In this document: positions 51,921-62,281 of the stretch, piece by piece
Layout of the letters: each line of letters opens with the position of its first letter
Numbering within the stretch: position 1 is the stretch's first letter
Assembly: GCF_000143415.4 (NCBI RefSeq)
Contig: NW_003314313.1
Span: 895,430-959,429 of the forward strand
DNA length: 64,000 nucleotides
Direction: 5' to 3'
Source of the DNA: Selaginella moellendorffii
Lineage: Eukaryota; Plantae; Lycopodiophyta
Notes under the pieces: generated by a model
The model's database searches: none
What the model was told of the DNA's origin: nothing
The model's input: the letters and a program-made list of their open reading frames with translations, nothing else
Program-made: the position numbers and the translations under genes

Positions 51921-53521
51921 TTAGCTCAAAGCTTTGAGATCTTCCAAGAATGCTTGGAGGCCACGAAACGATTTCCCATGCTCTTTGTCCATAGCTTTTC
52001 TTGCAAGGATCTTCAAGTTCTCCACTCTCTCCTTCATCTCCTTCCCCTCGTCGCTATCCATCACCTTTTTTATGCCATCTTCGATCTCTTCTCGCCCGAT
52101 CAATCCCTGCACCACTGTCTTGGAGAATCTAACCCCGATCTTCCAGTCCTCCACGACGAACTTCGAGTTGGTGATTTGATCGCCCCCGTAAGGCCACCCC
52201 AGCATTGGAATGCCATTCGCTATGCTCTCCTGGACAGAATTCCATCCGCAGTGAGTGAGAAACGCTCCCATGGAGGGATGGGCGAGAACTCTCAGCTGTG
52301 GCGCCCAGGAAACGATGAATCCCTGGTTCTTGGTCCTCTCGTAAAATCCATTGTAAGATTCGGTGGAGAGTCCGCCGGCGACGAGCTCGGATCGAATCAC
52401 CCACAAGAATGGCTTCTTTGATGCCTCGAGAGCTCCCACGAGCTCCTCGAATTGCTCCATGCTCAGCACCGCGATGCTGCCAAACGAGATGTAGAGCACC
52501 GATCCATGCTCCTGCGCATCCATCCAGCGAAGGCAATCCTCATTCTCGGGGCGAAGCACCACATTCTTCCTGGAATCGTCGAGCAAGAACAGTGGCCCCG
52601 CGGGGATGAATCGAGGTCCCAGCTCACTGGTCATGAAATCGAAGGTGTGTGCCTCGAGGTCGTAGAAGGAATTGACGAGGACCCATCGCGCGCGCTTCAC
52701 GACTGGAGAGCGCTTGATGCAAATCTCCTTCCACACCTCCTGGCCCTCCGAGGCCAGCAGGTAACCAGGCAGATCGGCCAGGCGGAGAGGCTTGACTCCT
52801 CGGACATAATCGATGATCACGGAATTGGCCTCGTCCGCGGAAGCTCTCCCTGCATGCGAATTTCAGAAATTTGAACAGAGGAAAGGAAAGAACAGAGGAA
52901 TGTTAATTCCAAAGGAGGGGAAATTTGAAGGTCCAAGGGAAGAACAGGGTAAATCCGAGGGAATAATAGGGGAAACGTTCAATGCCAAGGGAAGAACAGG
53001 GAAGAACGGAGATTCGTACCTCTGCTAGATAAAATGTGATCTTTCTCCAGAAGCTCTGGAATGTGATACTCCAAGCTCGTCCATGCCGCGTTGCCCGACC
53101 AAAGAATGATCCTGGGGATTCCAAACACATCCGCCACATCCTGGGTCCAAACGCAACCGTAATCCGAGACGATACAGCTGACCGGATCGCCCTCCTCGCC
53201 GAGCTTGCGGATCAAATCCTCGAGGCCTCCGGGGAGCTCTCGCGCAGCTGCCGTGGCGTAGTCGGCATAATTTCCCATAGTATGGGCATCGGCTCCTTGG
53301 GGGAGCTTCCACGAGAATGGGATGGAATGGAGGCGCAGATCTTCCAGCCCCGCCGGCGCCACCCAGTGCTTGATGAATTCGTCGTGGAGGCTGTCGATAT
53401 TGACCAAGGAGATTGTGAAGCTTGGATCTTGAGCGATGAACTTGCAGAGATGGATCATTGGGGAGATATGGCCTTGCGCGGCCGCTGGAACCGCCAAGAC
53501 ATGGACCTTGCTGGAAGCCAT
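51921..53521 (-). CDS. UDP-glycosyltransferase (family 1); intron 52850-53019
   Basis: Catalytic QGHISP, SCIVSD, PSPG box WAPQLRVLAHPSMGAFLTHCGWNSVQESIANGIPMLGWPYGGDQ. Confidence 0.93.
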
Positions 53522-53772
53522 GGTTTTCTTGGCAGGGAGGGCACAAGAAGTTGTGGTCTGTATTCCACTTTGGTAAATGTAGTGTTTTGGTCAATTTGTG
53601 GAGATTAAGATCTGTGGTGGTTGTCCAAGGATGACTATCCCCTCGCTTGGGATCACAAAAGGAAGATTAGGAGCACAAGCATTGTGAGAGGCAACAATGC
53701 TCTTGCCCATTCTGCTCTAGAACGATTTTGTGCCGCAATGCTTGCTCGTCCAAGCTCAAATTCAGGGACTGT

Positions 53773-54071
53773 GAAGCTCGGTCTTTAGAACATCTCCTTG
53801 AATGATCTACAAGCATCGAAGAAAAATCAATCATAAAATCGATTTGACACACGATTTGCTTGGAAGTGCTTTGGACGCGCCTCTGCAGCACCTCTTGGCG
53901 ACCTCGAGCAGCTTGACGGTGAGATTTCCAGTTCCCGGCCCAATCTCCAGGACAATGCTGCACGATCGACTGGACAATGAGAGGATTCTTGAGGATGTGC
54001 TGGCCCCGCAACTTGTAGAACTGGATTCCGCCCTGGAACTGGAAGCGCTGCTTGCCGGACATTCTCCCTCT
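53773..54071 (-). pseudogene. Truncated, internally deleted 5' copy of DIM1A
   Basis: Near-identical to 44326-44750, including the intron, with deletions and a frameshift. Confidence 0.88.
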
Positions 54072-54198
54072 TTTACGGCTCCGAATATTCCGCAAAAATT
54101 TGAATATATTATATTCTTCTATTTTTCTGCTGACGTGGCACTTCCAGGGAAAAGGGCATGGATCCTTAAATATCCCTATCAAGGATTAGGGTGCAACC

Positions 54199-54619
54199 AT
54201 GGCGAAGAGTGAGAGTAGCCCAGCTCCAAAGAGGAAGTTTTTGCAAAGGGACTACAAGAAGGGACCTTTCTTCCAGTCGGACAATGAGCCGATCTACAAG
54301 AGGGACTTTTCAGAGCCGACTGGTGAGGACAAGCTGGATAAGAAGTTATTGCCCAAGGTGATGCAAGTCAAGGGTTTTGGCCGGCGTGGCCGCGTCAAGT
54401 GGACGCATCTCGTCAACGAGGACACAAGCCGATGGGACGCACCGTAAGTTTTAGTTTTTCTCCTTTTCGTTTCTTTTGTTTTCTTACCATGCTTCTTTCA
54501 GGTGGAGCTCGAATAACGAGTTTCGTGCCCAGTATGACAAGAAGATGGACAAGCCGATCGAGAGGCCCCGGGGCAGCAAAAAGATGAAGACGAGCGTTCA
54601 AGACTTGTACGAAGTGTAA
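54199..54619 (+). CDS. Stand-alone MFAP1 C-terminal domain mini-protein (120 aa), intron 54444-54501
   Basis: [72 protein letters not shown]. Confidence 0.75.
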
Positions 54620-54948
54620 CAAGCAGTCGTCTCAAAGGGTAAAAACGCTTTCCCTGTATTTACATATCAGTTATTGAACTGAGAGAAATTCAAGACTCAC
54701 CTTGATTGAAAATGGGAACCAAAAAGGCAAGAAATTTAGAACATCGATTTTTTCTCAAGAGCTACCTGTTCCATCATAAAAACAAACCAATCCTGTTGCA
54801 TAAAGAAGGGAAAGAACACCACAAATTACCTTGCGACGCTCGGATGCCTTCACAAAAACAGGACGTATTTCTTCCTCGGTTTCTGCTTCACTCGAGCTTG
54901 GAGTAGGATCGCTAGGATGATTTTCAGCCCACGGTTTCTGCAGCACAT

Positions 54949-55755
54949 TCAATAGCTCGTGTAGATGACTTCTTCATCTAGCTCCATGTTGCCCACGGAA
55001 AACCCACAGCCGGGAAGATCAAAGCACCGAATTTGTTTCGCTAGCGGTTGAAGTTCTTCTTGGACTTCGGCAGCTGTAGATTGAGAGATACCGTCACAGA
55101 AACTGAAAACGTCGCAACCTCCCCCTACTTCTGGGTGACCCTTTCCAGAGGCAATGATGCTTTCTATGAGGAGCTTGACCACTTCGATGTAATCGCCTGT
55201 CGAACGAATCTCTGCCTTGAGTTTATTCCGAGAACGAGCCAGGTGCCATGCTGCTGCCTCTCCTCCACACCCAGCGTACACTAGAGTAGGTTCAACAGGT
55301 CCCTTTATCAATTTCATCCCCTTGTTGGATCCAAACCCTGTTATGCACCTGATTCCCAGGGGCCCCATGACGATCGTCTGCACTCTAAAATTTTCTGGAT
55401 CTTCATCTGATTTTGCAAGAGCTTTTCCCATCGATGTTCCAAGAACTGCCTCGGCCTCGTCGATAGACCCATATACTTCTCGAAACAGCCCAAGAGCCTC
55501 ATCATACGAACATGATATCTGCATAAAGTCGCCTGAAGAAGCAGCGATAGTCTTGGGTCCGACCCAGCAGAGCTTCACAAACCCCCCAGCCGGACGGTTG
55601 TTTTCAGTGACAACAAGTCGGTCGGCGCATACAAAAACACTTTTTCCCACTTCAAGTGCAGTAGAAGAACGTTCCTGTCCGGAAAAAAATAAATAAATAA
55701 ACTTCGCAGAAGAAGCAGTTCTTACCTTGGAGCAATATACAGCCACGGGGACCAT
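54949..55755 (-). CDS. Diverged proteasome beta-subunit-like (Ntn-fold) domain; intron 55675-55725; in frame with upstream transporter exon
   Basis: D17, K33, G47 at canonical beta-subunit spacing, YAGCGG (GSG-like) and VGGGCDV (SGG-like) motifs. Confidence 0.55.
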   Translation of the reverse strand: MVPVAVYCSKVRTASSAKFIYLFFSGQERSSTALEVGKSVFVCADRLVVTENNRPAGGFVKLCWVGPKTIAASSGDFMQISCSYDEALGLFREVYGSIDEAEAVLGTSMGKALAKSDEDPENFRVQTIVMGPLGIRCITGFGSNKGMKLIKGPVEPTLVYAGCGGEAAAWHLARSRNKLKAEIRSTGDYIEVVKLLIESIIASGKGHPEVGGGCDVFSFCDGISQSTAAEVQEELQPLAKQIRCFDLPGCGFSVGNMELDEEVIYTSY

Positions 55756-57466
55756 CCGAAATTGCTTGTCAAGTGATCGAGCAGCTCTCAACCAAGCTAA
55801 CATGATAACCAACAGCACCATGCAAACGTAGGGAGTTGAAAGTGGTCCTAACATCAAGACCAGGGCAGCTCCCAATGGATTGCAAATAATGTCAACGATA
55901 GCTTTGCTTTTCACCTGAAAATGGAAATAGAAACACAAATATTATCCAGACAATTAGGACCAAGTTACCTTTGTATCTTCGTCAAGAGGGATGTGAGTCA
56001 TTTCTTTGCAAGGATCAAAGAGGCTGTACTTTGCGTTTTTCTTGACTATATGTTGCACAATCCCAACGTAAACAGCTACTGTCACTCCAATACCTCTGAC
56101 GAATGGAGTTTCTGAACCATTGGATAACGCCAGCGATAAAAAGGTGATTCCAGGTATCACGATTGATATAATAGCAGCCAAAACACCCCATCCGAAATTG
56201 TTGAAGATTAGCCTGCTCAGCAACGTCATACTTAAACTCATGATTCCAATCCAGGTCGAAAAATCTTCCAGGAATGTTGAGTTTGGAAGCTGTGGTAATA
56301 GAGTATAAGCGATATAACTATCATAACCACCTCACTATCCCACGTGAGATTCGCTGAGGTTGATACTAATTTCGTAGGCAATGACGAGTGTTGCAAGATC
56401 CAGGATATATCTCGACTTGACCAACAGCTTTACACTCTCACCCACGCTCGTTGTAGCCTTGATCTGCTAGAATGGTCCAGCATTAGCAAAATGCTCCCTA
56501 CAGAACTTTGAAACTGCCTTACCTTTTTCTTCCTAGGAAGATTGCGATCGTTAACAACATAAGCGTTCATCCACCAGTATATGGTACATATGGTGAAGCC
56601 AAGCATCACAACGATGCTCATCATTCCCTTGAGAGAGAACCCCCAACCATCAATGTCGGGTCCAAGGCGTCCTCGTAACTCAGCAAAGAACTTGACAGTT
56701 CGTTCTGCGAAAACAAGCGCTACGTTGGCTGCCAACCCGAACAAGGGATAAAACCGCTTTGCTTCATCCAGAGAGGTGATCTGGAAACGAAGAAAGAAAA
56801 CAAATCAGGACAGAGAAGAAACAAACGGCGTCTTACCTGGTTCGCGAATCCCCAGAAGAGGACTGATACAACGACGCTTCCCCATAACTCGGCCATGACG
56901 TAGAAAAGCACGAACGCCCAGTTGCGAAAGAGAGCAATCGGCCCCGAGAGAAGATCGTCCGCGAGAGCAGTCGTGTGGAGAATGCCTCGTAAAGGATATA
57001 GGACGAAGGCAAAACTCCCGAAAATCCCGACAAATGAAAGGACGCAAGCGTAGAAGAGAGCTTCCCTGGACAAAACGTTGGAGAGCTTGGTGTAGACGAC
57101 CGTGAAGCCGATAGCCACGGGGAGATTCACCCAGGTCTTGAGGAAAGGGATGATCTCGGCGTTGCTTCCCTTGGCCGCCACCACCAAAGCGTCCTTGGTG
57201 TCTCGCAGGACGCCATAGGCGAAGAGGATGCAGAAGAACATCAGGCACAGAGCTATAATCTTCTTCCTCTCCCCCCGGGGCACCGATGCCTCCGCCTTCC
57301 GGACCCCAGATTTCTCGGATGAAGCATGCGATCCTGAGCTGTGGAGGATGGATTTGGCGCTCGACGACGTGACTGTAACCCTGGGAGAGCATCGGATCGA
57401 AGGAGAGGCCTCATTCTTGCAAGAATACAGCGCGGCGCCGCGCGGTGGGGACGACGACGACAGCAT
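55756..57466 (-). CDS. Plastid ATP/ADP transporter (NTT/TLC family), degenerate, multi-exon
   Basis: LMFFCILF.Y.VLRDTKD, AEIIPFLKTWVNLP, FYVMAELWGSVVVSVLFWGFANQ, AKYSLFDPCKEM.HIPLDEDTK; deletions and a probable frameshift near 56345. Confidence 0.8.
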
Positions 57467-57686
57467 CGCGAGTGATATTTCGACCTGGATCGAGCAAAGG
57501 AGCCATCAGCTCACGAATCCATAGCAAGATCGATCCATCCGATCGCATTACCGTGAGAATGCGGGATCTACATCCGGCACGCCGGCAGCGACGATGCTCC
57601 TCGACCTAAAACTATCTCAGGGTTTTGGGGCCCTTTAAAATTTGGGGGGAAAGCTCAACTTTTGAAGGGTTTTGTTTTAGGGCAAG

Positions 57687-58367
57687 ATGGCGATAGATTT
57701 GGAGGAGGTCCGGGAGTGGCAACGCAAGCTCAGTAGAGCGGAAGCCTTTGTCAAGGTAATGGTCTTGACTATCTTCTTACTGGGCTCTGATTGAAATCTT
57801 GGACAGGAGAGTAAAGAGTTGTTTCCCAGGACCAAATTGATCCCAGACTACTGCCTCGTAAACCTAATCGCGGACAAGATGGAGCAATCGAGGCAAAGGT
57901 TAATGGCTTATTGGGATCCAAAGGATCCAAACAAGAAACTGGATGATGCCGAGTATGTGTTTCCTTTCTTTCTTTTGCTTTCTTCCTTGACAGTTTCTCT
58001 TGCAGACTGATTCGTAAACTTGGCTTTCTCTCGGGAATGTAAGTACTTTCGTTTTTTGCTTTGCTGTCGTGCTTCATATCCGTCTGTAGGAAGGAGGAGG
58101 TTGACCTTGCGATATCTACAAACAACCAAGAGAGGCTTTTTGGCCTTATCTTGCGACTCTTAACTCGTCAATCTTCGCCCATTCTCGGCATCGATGTGAA
58201 GGAATTGGATACAGCTTCTGCCCTGTAAGACTCATCTCTTGTTTCAATTTTTAGATCCTTTCTTAACATGGTGAGCCAGGGAAAGTGAGTTCCAAAGGGC
58301 CAGGGAAAATGGCTACGAAGGCGTGCTCATCCAAGCACTCTGCACGGCGATGTCTTACCCCGGGTAA
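57687..58367 (+). CDS. Unknown small protein, 5 predicted exons (~160 aa)
   Basis: MAIDLEEVREWQRK... joined through four GT-AG introns in consistent phase to ...TAMSYPG*. Confidence 0.55.
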
Positions 58368-59437
58368 ACATCGTACTGAAACCTGTTTATGGCAGACACT
58401 GGGAGCTGAAATAGTGTGGAGAGCAATCCTGCTTCATGGTATGTTTGATCTTAAAAAATGATTAGCAGGTCGTGGTGGACAAACTTGTTCGAAGTAGATG
58501 AGATCTAGAAACAATGCAAAGATTATGAAATGTCTCCTTGAAATTTAAACAGGACAAAGAACTATTCCATTAAGTCTCTCATCGGCCAACAGGATATACT
58601 CCGAATCTTATTCTCGCATTCTCTTGATATTTTATAATTTTCTTCCCGATACCGAGACGCATTTTCAACTCAAATGCCTTGATTACTTCAAGTTCTTTGA
58701 CTCGCTCGTGAGTGACGATGCGTTTCTCGAGCAAACTCTTATAATGCATATCCTGGACATGAGAAGATTTTATAATATCCCTCCAAAATATAAGTTTATG
58801 AACAATATCCCTTACGCCCTAACCCAATATGACTTGGTTTTCAGGCTAGTTCATATCAGAGTGCATTTATTTGGACCATCGGATTTTTTTTTTTTTTCAT
58901 AGCAACCAGGATCTTTTAAGCTCAATTTCCCAAAAACACTCTTTATAAGAAAGCCTGTTCTCCTTGTGCTTGATCTAATTTACTTTCTGGTATAGAAGTA
59001 GCAGCAGCATATTTTCTTTAGGACTGTATCAGTTTGAAAAAACAAAAATGTAAAAAGAAAAGTCAGGAGAGCTCTAGGAACTTTCCTTGTGGTACTAATC
59101 GTTAATTGGCAAGTAGCTTGAGGGTCGAGCAATGAAGGATCATCCAAAATGCAACCATTATAAACTAGAGCCATTTAGATCTTATAGAAACTGTGAATTC
59201 TGACTTGGATCACAATACGCTACTGTGGTAAATCCTTCGCCATGCATGGGCGAGCCTCGCTCCAAAACCAAACGTTCGAAATGCATTCCCGCCAATCTGA
59301 GGCCATATGTTTTACCGTCATACAGATGACTCTAGTATGACTTTTAATTTATAACTATAAGGATTATAAAAGAGGTTTGTCGTACACAGAAAAAGTGCGT
59401 ATTGCAGAGATTGATAACATTTCAGATATCTTTTGTA

Positions 59438-59866
59438 ATGAATTTTAAAACGATTCTAGTTCTCTTCATGCTTATGCAAGGAGGAAATACTTATTCAGCA
59501 GGGTCATTTCAGCACTGTTTGGAAGATTTTAAAGTAAAAACGGAGGCAACCGACTATTGCAACTGCGCAGCAGCAGCTTGGGGTAGATTTTCTCAAAATG
59601 GATACAAAACTGGCACTTACACAGCTAGGGTTGGGCCCCTGGTTGTGGTTCTAGTCATTAACACATTCCATGCACGCTCGCTTTCTGATTTTCTTGAAGC
59701 TATTCGAAGTATATGGGAGTTATGCTTCTCTGATAACTACAATGGAAGTGTGGTTCTCCTTAAAGATGGATCAATGGCGGTGAGGGTGGAACATTCTGGT
59801 CATGATGAACTGTTAGTTTTTACTCCACTAAATTGTCAGGATAGAATCCCGTTTTGCATTTGCTGA
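59438..59866 (+). CDS. Small secreted cysteine-rich protein (142 aa), intronless, unknown family
   Basis: MNFKTILVLFMLMQGGNT signal-peptide-like N-terminus, 7 Cys, TATAAAA ~70 bp upstream. Confidence 0.6.
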   Translation: MNFKTILVLFMLMQGGNTYSAGSFQHCLEDFKVKTEATDYCNCAAAAWGRFSQNGYKTGTYTARVGPLVVVLVINTFHARSLSDFLEAIRSIWELCFSDNYNGSVVLLKDGSMAVRVEHSGHDELLVFTPLNCQDRIPFCIC

Positions 59867-59898
59867 GGTATTAATATATGTGTTTTTAGTTTTTTTAA

Positions 59899-61872
59899 TC
59901 AAGAACCCTCATTTTCATATCTACACACCCTTGCAGCTGTGAAAACTCTCCCTGGCCGACAGTGGTAACTCTTCTCCGGTGCGCAATGCTCGTCTCTCGA
60001 GCAAATGCACAGACCCTCCAATGCACACCCAGGATTTTTCTGCTCCTCCATAGCTTTGATCCCGAGAATGCGATCGCTCCAGCGGGTGGAGAAGAGTCCA
60101 CTGGGATCCATATTCCTCATCTCTTTCACAAATCTCTCGAGCCTTAGAGATCTGCCAGTCCCAGGATTCGAGAAGGTGACCGGTGTGTTTTTCCCCCAGT
60201 GAGGAACGCCTCCGTACTTAGAAATGGCCATTTGTTCCACCTCTTGCCACACGTCCATGTTGAGCCGCGGCATGCTCCCATTTCGTGACCGGTAGTACGT
60301 AAACCCCAGATCCACTCCGTCGAATGGCTTGCCGAGCAACGCCCGGGATGCGGCCACGTAGCGCAAGAGGACGCCGGTGTAGAGGTCGATCCCACACAAC
60401 GCCCCGGCATCTGGGTGGGAATCTCTCAGATGCTTCACGTCCGCGATGAAGGCCGCGATGCTCTGGGCTGGGATTGTGATGCCGGATTCGAGGTAGAAGA
60501 GCGCATGCTTGGCGGAATCCCAGCCACAGATAAGCAGCCGCGATGTGGATTCCTGGCAGCCACCGGCGGTTTGGATTTTGTGCTGGAATCCCACCACTGG
60601 GTAGCCCGTGAAGAGCCGCAGGCCATGTGTGTTCTTGAGGCCGTAGCCCAGGCTTTCGAGCAGCGATACCTGTGCCTGTGACGCGATGCACTTGCCATTG
60701 GACGATCGCTTCGCCTCCAGCGTCTCCTCTGTCCGGATCGATGGAGCATTAGCGTGGGTTCTTGGCTAGGATTCTTACCGAGAGCTCTTTGGGCGACGAT
60801 GGCAAGCGCCAATGTGGGCTGAAAGCCAACGAATTCGTTGATTCCATTGCCGGGCGTGTTGGCGGGAACGCGATCGTCGATCCGGTAGACGGCCTCTCGC
60901 TTGGATGGGTACCAGGTCACGTCGCCGAATTCGTGCTCGTTCCCAAATGCCACGATCTTGTCTTCCAGCCCCGCGTCGGAGGTTCTCATGTTGGTGATCG
61001 ATCGCTTAAACATGGGCTCCAGCTCCAGCGTCACCTATAATGGATAGAATTGATCGATCGCGAAGATGCCACTGCCAGATCTAGAAGAAAACCGAGAGCT
61101 CGAGTGAGAAAAGACCTTTGAGATGACTCCCATCGTTCCAAGTGAGACGATCGCGGCATAGAAGAGATCGCCATCGCCGGGGGTGAGAGTGACGATCTTC
61201 GCAAACTCTTTGTGTGAGGAAGAGGAGGAGGAATTCTTCCCGGACGGTACCACCATGCGAAGTTTGAGGACGTGATCGTGGAGAGCTCCTCCTTTGCCAC
61301 GCCAGGAGCTCCCATGGGATCCAGTGCTGAGGATCCCAGCGACGGAGAGGCCATTCCAGTAGGGAGACGCGGCCAGTGCCAGGCCGTGCCGCGCGGCCTC
61401 GTCGAGCACCGCCTGGAGCTGCGCGCCACCATCCACTTCCACGGCCTTGGAATTCACGTCCACGGCAATCCCGCGGCTGTAGTCGGCGGTGCTAATGGCG
61501 AGGAGGCCAGCGGCGCCGCTATGACCGCCACCATCGCCATCTCCTGGGCATGCCAGCGGAGGAATGCTGTGACTAAACTTGGTCACGGCTTTCATCTTGA
61601 GCTTGTTCTTGGCTCCATAGCTCACTGCTTCCAGGAGCTCCTCCTCGTTGGATGGATACACGATCTGGGAAACCTTGCAAACCTTTTGGATCGAATCGAT
61701 CATGAGAGTGGTTTTTTTGGAGAAGCGATGAATTTACCTGTCTGGTGTTCCATGTCCCATACGAATTGGTGATGAAACAATCTCCAGAGGCGTCGCAAAA
61801 TACTGGATCCGGAGGAAACGCGTCAGCCAGCAGCAGCAGCGTAGCAAGAACAAGGGGGAGCAACATTCTCAT
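59899..61872 (-). CDS. Second L-gulonolactone oxidase-like FAD oxidoreductase; introns 61683-61737, 61035-61115, 60729-60778
   Basis: Signal peptide, NSYGTW, SHSIPPLACP, GILSTGSHGSS, GVPHWGKN, CALEGLCICSRDEHCAP. Confidence 0.92.
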
Positions 61873-62281
61873 TCTCCGCGGAATCGATCCAAATGACTGA
61901 ACGAGAGCGCAAAGAACATCTGTAGAACAGTGAAAGAACTTTAGAAAAGCGGGTCCTTTTGCAGTGTAGTCCAAGCGAGAAGAGAGAGAGGGAGTGGTCC
62001 ACTCATCATCTTGAAAGCTCGTTGCAATCACTGGAACTTCATGCTTTCTCTTTGGATTTGGAGCTCACCACCTTTAAACGTCATGTCCAACTCAAAGAGA
62101 CAAATACAGTGGAGAATGGCTATGGCTTCCATCAATCTCAAACAGAGCCTCCATCCATACCTCCAAAAGATTGAAAATGGCTAGGAAATCCAAGAAGAAC
62201 AGATGGATTCTCGGCTTAAAATAATGGTTTCATAGGTCAGCAATGGCAACTAAGTCCACTGCTAGAAGTAAAGGCAAGTGA

